Shown here one piece after another: positions 49,286 through 58,788 of a stretch of DNA of 64,000 nucleotides. The position numbers and the translations under genes were made by a program. Every line of letters begins with the position of its first letter. The stretch's first letter is position 1. A model generated the notes under the pieces. That model was not told where the DNA came from. It did no database searches and saw nothing but the letters and a program-made list of their open reading frames with translations. This DNA comes from Candidatus Omnitrophota bacterium (lineage in GTDB: Bacteria; Omnitrophota; Gorgyraeia; Zapsychrales; Zapsychraceae), in NCBI GenBank assembly GCA_028280285.1, contig JANQMA010000042.1:3572-67571 (forward strand), written 5' to 3'.

Positions 49286-49994
49286 GGCTCTAGACTAGCA
49301 GGGTAGTATCTGATAGTCTGGAAGCCTATGTTAAATAATAAGTTAACAAAATATAAGATTAAAAAAATTATACGTTGCTTTTGCTTCGATATTAATGCAA
49401 CTAAAACAGCTCTTTTACTCAATGTCAATCGTAATACAATTAACCGATACTTTAATCTCTTTCGGCAAAAAATATTTGAACACCAAACCAAAGAGTTTAA
49501 ACGTATACTTGGTAGTGTTGAAATAGACGAAAGTTACTTTGGTGCCAAGCGCCCACGCGGAGTTCCATCAAAATGCGGTCGTGGCACTCATCGTCAACCA
49601 GTATTCGGCATCTATGATCGTAATGGTCGTGTTTATACTGAAATAATACCAAACTGTAACCGTAAAACACTACGAAATATGATCTTAGGAAAAATAGACT
49701 CAAAGAGCGAAATTATTTCTGACTGCTGGAGCGGTTATGATGGCCTTGTTGATCTTGGATATAATAAGCATTTCCGTATTAACCATGATAAACACTTTTC
49801 AGCAAATAAAGCCCATATAAATGGCATCGAATCTTTTTGGAGTTTTACAAAAAGACGGCTATCTCAATTTAACGGTTATAAAGTTAATTTTCACCTCCAT
49901 CTCAAAGAATCAGAATGGAGATTTAATAAAAACCATGATATGTTAATCAAAGAGCTTGAGGCTTTAGTTTTTTAATTTTTGCTAGTCTAGAGCC
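49286..49994 (+). mobile_element. IS1595-family insertion sequence (IS1016-like), 709 bp
   Basis: Perfect 15-bp TIRs GGCTCTAGACTAGCA (49286-49300 and 49980-49994); 7-bp flanking duplication TTACCAA. Confidence 0.93.
49328..49975 (+). CDS. IS1595-family DDE transposase
   Basis: VEIDESYFG, VFGI, ISDCWSGYDGL, HINGIESFWS, LKESEWRFN. Confidence 0.95.
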   Translation: MLNNKLTKYKIKKIIRCFCFDINATKTALLLNVNRNTINRYFNLFRQKIFEHQTKEFKRILGSVEIDESYFGAKRPRGVPSKCGRGTHRQPVFGIYDRNGRVYTEIIPNCNRKTLRNMILGKIDSKSEIISDCWSGYDGLVDLGYNKHFRINHDKHFSANKAHINGIESFWSFTKRRLSQFNGYKVNFHLHLKESEWRFNKNHDMLIKELEALVF

Positions 49995-50058
49995 TTACCA
50001 ATTACCAAATACAATTTTTATTTTTTCATTTTCACTCTTATTTTTTTACTTCTCATTT

Positions 50059-51282
50059 TTAAATTGTCCTTATAGCCTCAACAGGCCTCAACTTTGATGC
50101 GTACCACGCCGGATAAATCGAGACGAGGCAGCTTATCACCAGGGTAACGGCCGTACAAATCATGGTAAATCCTAAATGAAACCTAGGTTTAATCACTGCA
50201 TCCATATAAAAAGATGTCAGGGCACTTGTAAAAGAAGAGAGATCCACCCCAGCCTGGGCAAAATACACGGATGTAAAATAACCTAAACTAACACCAAAAA
50301 CACATCCTAATAGTCCTAGTAAAAATGACTCTAAGCCGATCATTTGAATGATCTGTGGTGGGCGCGTCCCGACGGCAAGTAAGATGCCGAATTCGCGTGT
50401 CCGTTCAAGCACACCCATTAGCACTGTATTAAGAATACCGATCGCCACAACAATCATCACAATAATTAAGATCACGAAGACAAAGGCATTATCGAATTCG
50501 ATCCATTGTTTAAGAGACGGCGATATCTTTGACCATGGTAAAACTTCGAGTTCAGGGTTGTTTAGTTTATCTTGAATGGTTTGAGCTTTAGTTTCAGCGG
50601 TGCTGATATCCTCGACACGCAGACCGATATCGGTTACGCCACTCAGCACAAATAATTCTTGCGCGGCTTTAAGATGAATGACCGCAAGGCTTTTATCTAC
50701 TTCGTCCACTCCAGAATTAATAAGCCCCTTAATATAATAAGCGCCGGCCGCAATACTCCCGTCAATGGCCTGCGACATGATTACTACCTTTTCATCAAGG
50801 CCGATATTAAGATTTTGAGCGAGCCCCTTGCCGAGCACAATATCTTTAGCATTATTTTCTTCTAAAAATGATCCTTCTTTAACATGTTTATGCAGCTTGC
50901 TGATATTTTTTTCTTCGATAGGATCAACACCTAAAATCATCACCCCATGAGAACTTTCCGATGAGCTAATCAAACCGGCCGCACGGATACGTTTCGATAA
51001 ATGCACCGTAGGATTTTGAGTCTTGATGGTTTGTATAATCGCATTACTATCGGAAATATAGTTTTCAATCTTGGGATTATCGTGAAAACCTTTTTGGGAT
51101 ATTTCGATTTGGCTGGTAGTCAGCGCCGTGTAGTTGCGGATCATCGCTTCATGCGCACCTTCAATAAAAGACCAGATAAAAATAATCGCACCCAAGCCAA
51201 AACCGATGGCGGATATGGTGATCAGAGATCGTTTTTTATTACGCATGATATTACGCCATGCAATCCGGATAAAGGTAGTCAT
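50059..51282 (-). CDS. ABC transporter permease (LolE/FtsX-like)
   Basis: IAWRNIMRNKKRS, GILNTVLMGVLERTREFG, YPAWYASKLRPVEA; start moved to ATG 51282. Confidence 0.92.
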   Translation of the reverse strand: MTTFIRIAWRNIMRNKKRSLITISAIGFGLGAIIFIWSFIEGAHEAMIRNYTALTTSQIEISQKGFHDNPKIENYISDSNAIIQTIKTQNPTVHLSKRIRAAGLISSSESSHGVMILGVDPIEEKNISKLHKHVKEGSFLEENNAKDIVLGKGLAQNLNIGLDEKVVIMSQAIDGSIAAGAYYIKGLINSGVDEVDKSLAVIHLKAAQELFVLSGVTDIGLRVEDISTAETKAQTIQDKLNNPELEVLPWSKISPSLKQWIEFDNAFVFVILIIVMIVVAIGILNTVLMGVLERTREFGILLAVGTRPPQIIQMIGLESFLLGLLGCVFGVSLGYFTSVYFAQAGVDLSSFTSALTSFYMDAVIKPRFHLGFTMICTAVTLVISCLVSIYPAWYASKLRPVEAIRTI

Positions 51283-51309
51283 AGTAAAGGAAAAATTTGA
51301 TAAGCCTGT

Positions 51310-51378
51310 GTAAAGTTTAATGTTTAGTGTTTGAAACAAGTAAACCTTTTTTAAACTTTAAACTATAAACATTAAACA
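51310..51378. repeat. AT-rich heptamer palindrome, unit ~TGTTTAA / TTAAACA
   Basis: TAAAGTT TAATGTT TAGTGTT TGA ... TTAAACT TTAAACT ATAAACA TTAAACA. Confidence 0.7.
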
Positions 51379-51439
51379 GAATTGTCTACATTACTCTTAC
51401 TATTAATATTGTATATCATCCCGTTGTCTTGAAAACGCA

Positions 51440-52198
51440 TTATTGAACTTTTTTTAAGTAAGGTAGAGAAAAGATATTATCTTCGATAGGTGTATTATAG
51501 GTGACATCGATTAATTTGATAATGGTTTGATGGCCTTCTTTGACCATTGATTTCATGGTCCATGTCTTAGGGATCATGCGGTCTGATACTTGTGCGATAT
51601 CGGAATATTCCAAGATTTTGATGAGCTTACCCCGCTCATTGTAGTACTCTTCTTTGAGCGGCACATAATCATTTTTACGGATAACCCTGATCAATTTTCC
51701 CCAGATAACCGGGGCATCCTCTTTGGGGGTAAATTCCACTGTGTAGGCATCATCTGTCTCAGCAATAATGGCATGGGTATAATCATTGATTATGCTGCTT
51801 TCGCGCACCAAGTCATCATTGGCAAAATCGCTGCCCATCCAGGGCTGAAGCATCATCGAAGGGGGGATTTTGATGATTCGCTCGACTTTGGGTAGATAAT
51901 TCCACATTTCATTTTCGATCCTAAGTGTCCCAATACCAGCCTCTTTGGGAGGATTGAGGATACGAATAAATGCCTTATCGCGGTTTTTCATGTATACTTG
52001 TAATGTGAGTTGCCGTTGCCACTTAGGGGTGATCACCTGCATGGTATAGGTGCCCTGATTTGTGTGGCCGCGCATTAGGTCATCTGAGGCCTTAACAATG
52101 TCGCGGGCAGTTAAAGGGCCCTGTGCAAAGCCCGCTGAAGGGAGGATCAAAAGACCTGAAATAAGGATAAAAATTTGTGCTATCTTCATAATTGACAT
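51440..52198 (-). CDS. Outer-membrane lipoprotein-sorting protein (LolA-like)
   Basis: Signal peptide; PPKEAG, MWNYLP, QPWMGSDFANDDL, EEYYNERG. Confidence 0.88.
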   Translation of the reverse strand: MSIMKIAQIFILISGLLILPSAGFAQGPLTARDIVKASDDLMRGHTNQGTYTMQVITPKWQRQLTLQVYMKNRDKAFIRILNPPKEAGIGTLRIENEMWNYLPKVERIIKIPPSMMLQPWMGSDFANDDLVRESSIINDYTHAIIAETDDAYTVEFTPKEDAPVIWGKLIRVIRKNDYVPLKEEYYNERGKLIKILEYSDIAQVSDRMIPKTWTMKSMVKEGHQTIIKLIDVTYNTPIEDNIFSLPYLKKVQ

Positions 52199-52220
52199 AG
52201 TGTTACGGTTATGTTAACAT
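52192..52220 (+). promoter_or_regulatory. Sigma70 promoter for the acyltransferase gene
   Basis: TTGACA-17 nt-TAACAT with extended TG; ATG only 13 nt after the -10 box. Confidence 0.6.
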
Positions 52221-52233
52221 AGCACCAACTATT

Positions 52234-52950
52234 ATGCAAACTTTTATCTTCAAAAAAGTAGACCACTCGGACAGGGCCTTGATGGATGCCATTTTTCACC
52301 TGCGTTACCAAGTATATGCCCACGAGTGCGGGTTTATTAATCCGGCTGATTATGTGGATCAGCGCGAAGTAGACAAATACGATGCGCAATCCGTACATTT
52401 TGCCGCCATCAATCAGGATGATGATGTGGTTGGGACTATGAGAATTATTTTACCGGGTGAATATCCGCTTCCGATCCAAACACATTGCCCCGATATTCAA
52501 ATCGATCAAGATCCGCGTGAGCAATTGCCGCAAATCCAATTTGGCGAAATTTCAAGGCTTGTTATTAGCAAGCACCTGAGAAGGCGTAAAAATGATGGAC
52601 AGTACTACGAGCCGCAAATTGAAGATAAAGAAGTAGAGAATGCCTCTGGAGAGAAGTTTCTGCGTCGTTCAAAACCAATGGCGTTCGGATTATACCGGGA
52701 GATGTATCAAGAGTCCAAACGTTTAGGTATCACACACTGGTACACACTTATGGAAAAAAGCCTTTGGTTACTTTTACGCATCCATGGATTTACATTTGAG
52801 TGCATTGGCGAGACGGTAGATGTGTATGGTCCGGTTAATCCTTATATTGGTAAAGTTGAAAGCATTGAATTAGAAATCCAAAGAAAATTTCCTCAATTTT
52901 ATGAATATCTCTTGCAAGAGCAGGACGCCGAGAGAGATACAATTATTTAG
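52234..52950 (+). CDS. PEP-CTERM/exosortase-associated N-acyltransferase (ExoAT/FeeM-like GNAT)
   Basis: FHLRYQVYAHECGF, EVDKYD..SVH, VGTMRII, GEISRLVISKHLRRRKND, GLYREMYQES, WYTLMEKSL. Confidence 0.85.
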   Translation: MQTFIFKKVDHSDRALMDAIFHLRYQVYAHECGFINPADYVDQREVDKYDAQSVHFAAINQDDDVVGTMRIILPGEYPLPIQTHCPDIQIDQDPREQLPQIQFGEISRLVISKHLRRRKNDGQYYEPQIEDKEVENASGEKFLRRSKPMAFGLYREMYQESKRLGITHWYTLMEKSLWLLLRIHGFTFECIGETVDVYGPVNPYIGKVESIELEIQRKFPQFYEYLLQEQDAERDTII

Positions 52951-52963
52951 CCGTTAGGGTTTT

Positions 52964-55558
52964 ATGGCCACTTTGCCACAAGACATTTTTACTGTCTTTC
53001 GCGATTCTGCGCAAACATGTTCCAACCAAGCGGCGCTTACATTTAAAGACGCCGACCATAGTTATACAAGCTATTCCTACCAAGAGCTTTCGATTAAAAT
53101 TCAAAATTTTGTCGCCACCTTAAACGAATATGGGATTGGGAAAGGAGACAAGGTCGCGCTTCTTTTATCCAATCAACCGGAATTCCCCATTGCTTTTTTT
53201 GCGCTTATGTCGCTTGGGGCCATTGCCGTGCCCATAGATGTGCAATACTCACCGAAGCAGGCCGCAGGCATTATGGATCATTGTGAGGCCAAATTGCTTT
53301 TATCAACTACCCATCTCTATAATAATGTTCATGAGAGACTTCATATTGATGTTTGCTTAATCGATCAGCTTAATTGGAAAGACAATGTCCAACCGATTGA
53401 CCATATTGATGTCGATCCGGATGACACGGCCGTGATCTTTTATACATCAGGGACAACCTCAGCTCCGAAAGGAGTGCAGCTTTCGCATCATAATATCTTG
53501 ACGAACTATCAGGCGTTGGCCCGGTTTGGGCTTATGAGCCAGAGGGACGTGTTTATCTCAATTTTGCCACTTCACCATGCCTACGCGTTTACAACGACAA
53601 TGTTGTCCCCCCTTTTAATGGGGGCCCATATTGCTTTTGTTAAAGGTCTTTCTTCAAAAGAACTTTTAGAATGTATGAATGCTGTCGGTGTGACTGTGTT
53701 TATCGGTGTTCCGCAGTTATTTATGTTATTGCATCGTTCTGTTTGTGAGCAGCTCAACAAGTTAGGCTTTTTCCAAAGGTCGTTGGTTGAATTGACCGGC
53801 CTTTTTAAAAGGAAACTCAAAAAGAAATTTGGCGGGAGTTTACGTATTATGGTGTGTGGCGGAGCGAAAATTGATACCCAGATTGCCCGGGATTTCGATG
53901 CGTGGGGATTCAGCTTTTTAGAAGGTTATGGATTGACAGAGACCGCGCCGGTGGTCAGTTTTAATACAATTGCGGAAAGAAAGTTTGGGTCGGTGGGCAG
54001 ACCGTTAGAAGGGGTTGAGGTGAAGATCGAAAGTCCTGATGATGAGGGGATCGGCGAGGTCCTTGTACGCGGAGGCAATGTAATGCAGGGGTATTATAAG
54101 GACCAAAAGAAAACCGATCAGGTGATTATCGACGGATGGTTTCATACGGGAGATTTGGGGTATTGCGACAAAGATGGATTTTTGTTTTTAACTGGACGTA
54201 AGACGGAAATGATTGTCTTGCCGTCGGGTAAAAATATTTTTCCTGATGAAGTGGAGCAAGAGTACGGCACAACGCCCTTTGTAAAGGAAATAGGGGTGTT
54301 GGAATATGCGGATGAAATCGTTGCGCTTATAAAACCGGATGAAAGCTATTTTAAAAAGCAAGGTGTTGTTCAAATTCGCGACCGTCTTAAATGGGAGATT
54401 GATAATATCTCCGAGGGACTCCCATCATATAAACGGTTAAAAGGATTTAAAGTTATAACCGATGATTTGCCACGCACGCGTCTGGGAAAATTAAAAAGAT
54501 ATGAGTTGGTTGGTATTTATGCACAGGAGCAGGACAGGGCCTTAGAAAAAAATACAGAGTTATCCAAAGCAGATAAGAAAATATTAACATCGCTTAAAGA
54601 GCGCGCGCTTGTCATTATGGTCGAGAAAATGAAAAGAGAGGTTAAATTATCTGATCATCTTGAATTAGATTTGGGGCTTGACTCGTTAAATAGGGTTGAA
54701 TTTCTTCTGGAATTACAAGAAGGGCTCAACCTGACGCTTGATGATGAAATGATGGAAAAGTTTTTTCGTTGCATGACTATCGGTGAGCTTCTTGAAACAT
54801 TGGAAGAGTGTGTCGGAGAAAATTTTAATGATAATAAGGCTTCTTCGCAACGCGTTCAGTGGCATGCCCTTCTCGATGAGGAATTAGCAGAAGATACAAA
54901 GTGTAAGATAAAGCTTAAATTTGGCTTTTTCAGTACTTTTTTTAATTTTGTTCTGGTTATATTGATTAAACTGCTTTGTCGAATTTTCTTTTCTTTAGAG
55001 GTCCATGGTCGTGAACATTTGCAAAAAGATAGGCCTTTTGTTTTGTGTCCCAATCATGTGAGCTATCTTGATGCACTTTTATTGGTTGCGGCTTTACCGA
55101 TGAGTGTTGTTATGCAAACATACTTTTTAGGTTTGAATATGTTTTTTGAAAATGCATTGATCAGGCCGTTTATATCAGTAATGCGGCTTATTCCGATTGA
55201 GATTAATTATAATTTGGTTGAGGCGCTTAAGTCGTGTGTATACGTTTATAAATCTGATAAAAATATTTGTTATTTTCCGGAGGGGCAGCGTTCAATCGAT
55301 GGGGAAGTGCAGGACTTTAAAAAGGGAATAGGCATTCTTGTATCAGAATTTCAGATACCGGTTATCCCGGTTTTTATCAAAGGGGCTTTCGAGGTTTGGC
55401 CCAGGACGCGCAAATGGCCGCAGCCTGGCAAGGTGACGGTTACATTTGGCTCTGTTCAGGATTATGGTAGGCAGTGTTCGGCAGCAGAGGCAGCGGATGA
55501 GCGCTATGTGGATATTGCCCGTCGACTGCGTAATGAAGTTCTTAGCTTGCGTGGATGA
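52964..55558 (+). CDS. Long-chain acyl ligase - acyl carrier - PlsC acyltransferase fusion
   Basis: YTSGTTSAPKG, GYGLTET, WFHTGDLG; ACP motif LGLDSL; NHVSYLD and FPEGQRS. Confidence 0.9.
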   Translation: MATLPQDIFTVFRDSAQTCSNQAALTFKDADHSYTSYSYQELSIKIQNFVATLNEYGIGKGDKVALLLSNQPEFPIAFFALMSLGAIAVPIDVQYSPKQAAGIMDHCEAKLLLSTTHLYNNVHERLHIDVCLIDQLNWKDNVQPIDHIDVDPDDTAVIFYTSGTTSAPKGVQLSHHNILTNYQALARFGLMSQRDVFISILPLHHAYAFTTTMLSPLLMGAHIAFVKGLSSKELLECMNAVGVTVFIGVPQLFMLLHRSVCEQLNKLGFFQRSLVELTGLFKRKLKKKFGGSLRIMVCGGAKIDTQIARDFDAWGFSFLEGYGLTETAPVVSFNTIAERKFGSVGRPLEGVEVKIESPDDEGIGEVLVRGGNVMQGYYKDQKKTDQVIIDGWFHTGDLGYCDKDGFLFLTGRKTEMIVLPSGKNIFPDEVEQEYGTTPFVKEIGVLEYADEIVALIKPDESYFKKQGVVQIRDRLKWEIDNISEGLPSYKRLKGFKVITDDLPRTRLGKLKRYELVGIYAQEQDRALEKNTELSKADKKILTSLKERALVIMVEKMKREVKLSDHLELDLGLDSLNRVEFLLELQEGLNLTLDDEMMEKFFRCMTIGELLETLEECVGENFNDNKASSQRVQWHALLDEELAEDTKCKIKLKFGFFSTFFNFVLVILIKLLCRIFFSLEVHGREHLQKDRPFVLCPNHVSYLDALLLVAALPMSVVMQTYFLGLNMFFENALIRPFISVMRLIPIEINYNLVEALKSCVYVYKSDKNICYFPEGQRSIDGEVQDFKKGIGILVSEFQIPVIPVFIKGAFEVWPRTRKWPQPGKVTVTFGSVQDYGRQCSAAEAADERYVDIARRLRNEVLSLRG

Positions 55559-55567
55559 TGATCTAGG

Positions 55568-55607
55568 TGTCTATTCAATTGACACTTAATATAAGGCGTG
55601 ATAGCCT
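55568..55607 (+). promoter_or_regulatory. Sigma70 promoter whose -35 overlaps an enhancer-like palindrome
   Basis: TGTCTA-TTCAA-TTGACA, then 17 nt, then TAGCCT. Confidence 0.5.
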
Positions 55608-55644
55608 TATATGAAATAATTTTAGTATTAAAGGGAGAAATTTT

Positions 55645-56511
55645 ATGGGAAATAAAAAGATATTTCAGAGCTTACGTAATGCGCTTTTAACGCTTGTCAG
55701 TTACCCGCCTGTTTTTATTCCATTTGTTGTTATTGCCTTTGTTCAGCTTGTTGTTTTGGAAATCCTTTATTTTGTACCACGTTACCCGCTTAATATTTTC
55801 TTTGAGCCTATTATTGCTAAGCTTTGGGGAGAGCACTTTCTCCATTACCCATTTAATATTGCTCTTTTACCCAAATTATTTCAATATACGCAGGCCCCAA
55901 TTTATCTATTTGTTACTAGTTTTCTCATAGGGGTTGGAATTAATACTATTTGCAAAATTAACAATGATGAGAAGGTAACATTTGGTGGCGTGTTTAAAGA
56001 TACACTTAAGCATTATGTGCATATTTTTACCGCTGCATTTATTGCGTTTGCCTTGGTATTGGTGTTTTCCGAAGTCTACGAGCTTCTTATCAGAAAGGCG
56101 CTAACAATTGATCCAAGGATCGGAAATAAATATAAACTTAAACTTATTGTTAAAATTTTGATTTTAGAAGGAGCCCCTTATTTTAATCTTTTAGCGAGCG
56201 TCTTTATAACAACTTTGTTTGCCTATGTTATCCCGGTGATTGTTATAGCCAACAAGAAAGTTTTTCCGGCTATAGCAGAGAGTTTTAAAACGTTGTTTGG
56301 TGCCCCGTGGTTTACTTTTATGGTTGTTTTTATTCCTACACTTATCTATGTTCCAATTTTGATGTTGCGTGGGGGGGCAGGTTTAAGTTTTTCTATTCCG
56401 GAAATGAGTATTGTTTTGCTCGTTATTAGTATATTCGCCATGGTATTTATTGATGCGATTATCTATACAACTCTTTCAACATATTATCTAACGAAAAAGG
56501 AACAATCATGA
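55645..56511 (+). CDS. Hypothetical multi-pass membrane protein
   Basis: About 6 hydrophobic helices; GGGAG RBS. Confidence 0.75.
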   Translation: MGNKKIFQSLRNALLTLVSYPPVFIPFVVIAFVQLVVLEILYFVPRYPLNIFFEPIIAKLWGEHFLHYPFNIALLPKLFQYTQAPIYLFVTSFLIGVGINTICKINNDEKVTFGGVFKDTLKHYVHIFTAAFIAFALVLVFSEVYELLIRKALTIDPRIGNKYKLKLIVKILILEGAPYFNLLASVFITTLFAYVIPVIVIANKKVFPAIAESFKTLFGAPWFTFMVVFIPTLIYVPILMLRGGAGLSFSIPEMSIVLLVISIFAMVFIDAIIYTTLSTYYLTKKEQS

Positions 56512-57482
56512 AAAAAATTATAATTGTATTTATCATTATCTTGGCCGCTATTTTTGCTGTTTTGACCTTTATGGGAAAAGAGGGAGGGCATGATGCTGAG
56601 AAGGAATTGTGGAACATAGCCCAAGAATTTAATAAAATAGCTGCCGATCCAGAGGCGACCCCGGATAATGCCTATGATGCGCTTGAGGAAAGGTATGAAC
56701 AGTTTATTAAAAAATATTCTAAGGCAGAAATTGCACCTCAGGCCTATCTTACCTATGCACGGTTAAAGGTACTGCGTAAAGATTATACGGAAGCCAAAAG
56801 ATTGTATGAAGAGCTCATTGCAAAATATCCTGACAATAAAGCCGCTAGTTTGGATGCATTGCTTGAAATCGGTAAAATTCAGACTATTGAAAAAGATGAT
56901 TTGGGTGTTTTGGATACCTATCAACGTGTTATCCGTGATTATCCGACAACAGAGATTGGTCTTAGAACACCGCTTTTGGTAGCGCAGTATTATCTGGACC
57001 GTAAGCAAAACAATCTTGTCGAAAAATCATTTAAAGAAGCGGCGGCGCATTATGAAAAATTGGCTGAGAAGGAAAAGGGCAAGCCCTCAGGATTCTATGC
57101 TCTTCAATACTTAACTGTTTGCTACATTGCGCAACAAAATTGGGATAAGGCCTTGGAAACGTATGAAGCCTCACTGCTGGGATACGCTGATTTAAATGTA
57201 TGGACACCGGAGAGTTTGTTAAAATTGGTCCGTGCCTTAAATACGATTTCGGCTACACAAAAGAAATCTCTAGACTATCCAATTAATCTTTACAGTAAAT
57301 TTATTGAAGAAAAACCAGAGCACCCCTTTACGCCAATTCTTCAAAAGGTCATTGAAACCTTAAAGCAGTTAAAAGCGAAAGGAGCCATTTCTCCTGATAC
57401 GACGGTTGAGTCTTTAAAGCAGGCAGTTGAAGATGCTGCCAATGAAGCGGCGGCGGAAGTTGTCCCTCAAACAACGGAGTAA
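56508..57482 (+). CDS. Membrane-anchored TPR-repeat protein
   Basis: N-terminal TM; repeated A..Y..LI..YP helical-hairpin motifs. Confidence 0.85.
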   Translation: MKKIIIVFIIILAAIFAVLTFMGKEGGHDAEKELWNIAQEFNKIAADPEATPDNAYDALEERYEQFIKKYSKAEIAPQAYLTYARLKVLRKDYTEAKRLYEELIAKYPDNKAASLDALLEIGKIQTIEKDDLGVLDTYQRVIRDYPTTEIGLRTPLLVAQYYLDRKQNNLVEKSFKEAAAHYEKLAEKEKGKPSGFYALQYLTVCYIAQQNWDKALETYEASLLGYADLNVWTPESLLKLVRALNTISATQKKSLDYPINLYSKFIEEKPEHPFTPILQKVIETLKQLKAKGAISPDTTVESLKQAVEDAANEAAAEVVPQTTE

Positions 57483-57483
57483 T

Positions 57484-58788
57484 ATGGAGGATTTGGGCCA
57501 GTCTTATTTATCGCGGCTTTCACAGACTGAGCTTTTTCAGGAAATTGCCACCATATGTGCTGCGGTCAATACGGTCGTATCAACCAATGAGTTGCTCGCT
57601 GTGTCTTTAGAAAATGTTCTTAAGCTTTTTAAAGCGCAAAGAGGCTCTATATTTATTCTTAATGATAAAGAAGATGAGTTAGAATTACGAGTTGCCGTTG
57701 GACTTGGCGGAGATGAACAAAAGGCTATTGTTAAACGTATGGGTGAGGGGTTTGTTGGGCAGGTTGCCCAAACAAAAGAGCCGATTATTGTTGATGATAT
57801 CGCACAGGATAAACGTTTTAAGGATCACAAAAGTAAAAATGGCTATAAAACATCTTCCTTTATTTGTGCTCCACTTCTTCTTAAAGATCAGCTTATCGGT
57901 GTTATCAATATTACGGATAAAGATTCCGGACACAAGTTTCTTACCAATGAATTGCAGTTGCTTGATTTTATCGCTTCACAAATTGCGCTTAATTACCGCC
58001 GGATTATTCTGTACCGCAAGTTTCAAACAGTCGTTAAGGAGACACAATCTCTGAAAGATAAGCTGGGTGAAACCGGCGAAGAAACTGCTCATTTAAAAAA
58101 GCAAATTATGATTCAGGAAAAGCTAGCGACGATCGGAAAGTTGGCTGGCGGCATTGCGCATGAATTTAATAATCCGCTTGACGGGGTTATGCGCTACACC
58201 AATCTTTGTCTTGATCAGATTCAAGATGATGAAGTGGTGCGCGGGTATCTGATGGAAATCAAGCAGGGGCTCAACCGTATGGCGATTATTGTGCGCAATC
58301 TTTTGCGGTGTTCACGCGACGATGTTTTGAGTCAGGAGAAAGTCAATTTAAAAAGTGCTTTGGGCCGGGCGCTTTATAATTTGCAAACGGACTTTTCACG
58401 CAAAGATATTGAAATCGTCGATGAAGTGCCGGATGAATTGCCGGACTTGATTGATCTTGGGCTTGAAAGGATCCTGGTTAATTTAATTCGTAATGCCATT
58501 GATGCCATCGAAGAGAAGGGCAAGATCTCGATTACGGCTCAATTTGAAAATGATGTGTTGATGTTTAATGTGGCGGATAACGGCATCGGCATTGCTCAAA
58601 CAAAAATTAATGAGATCTTTGAGCCGTTTTATACAACTAAAGATATTGATAAAGGCTGTGGCTTAGGATTAACCATTATTGGTGAGATAGTTAAAAGTTA
58701 TGATGGTAAGATCGATGTAGAGAGTCAGCCGGACTGCGGAACAACGTTTACCGTGCGCATTCCCCTGGAAAGAGAAGACAATGAGTAA
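57484..58788 (+). CDS. Soluble GAF-domain sensor histidine kinase
   Basis: GAF (RGSIF..GEGFVG..CAPL..IGVINI), H-box AGGIAHEFNNPL, NLIRNAIDA, DNGIG, FEPFYTTK, GLGL; no TM segment. Confidence 0.93.
   Translation: MEDLGQSYLSRLSQTELFQEIATICAAVNTVVSTNELLAVSLENVLKLFKAQRGSIFILNDKEDELELRVAVGLGGDEQKAIVKRMGEGFVGQVAQTKEPIIVDDIAQDKRFKDHKSKNGYKTSSFICAPLLLKDQLIGVINITDKDSGHKFLTNELQLLDFIASQIALNYRRIILYRKFQTVVKETQSLKDKLGETGEETAHLKKQIMIQEKLATIGKLAGGIAHEFNNPLDGVMRYTNLCLDQIQDDEVVRGYLMEIKQGLNRMAIIVRNLLRCSRDDVLSQEKVNLKSALGRALYNLQTDFSRKDIEIVDEVPDELPDLIDLGLERILVNLIRNAIDAIEEKGKISITAQFENDVLMFNVADNGIGIAQTKINEIFEPFYTTKDIDKGCGLGLTIIGEIVKSYDGKIDVESQPDCGTTFTVRIPLEREDNE

Larger units (their letters stand above)
49100..50058. 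repeat. Two-layer heptamer palindrome split by the IS
   Basis: Left: A-rich 7-mers then ATTTGGTCGTTAGTAATTGGTAATT. Right: TACTAATTACCAA[IS]TTACCAATTACCAAAT then T-rich 7-mers. Confidence 0.7.

Noticed and set aside
51283-51339. N-terminal extension of the ABC permease
   Set aside because: It runs through a heptamer repeat; family-like sequence starts at MTTFIRIAWRN
52234-52950. LuxI-type AHL synthase / quorum sensing
   Set aside because: The fold is related, but the EISRL..RRR motif, the lack of a LuxR neighbour and the exosortase context fit ExoAT/FeeM-type acyltransferases better
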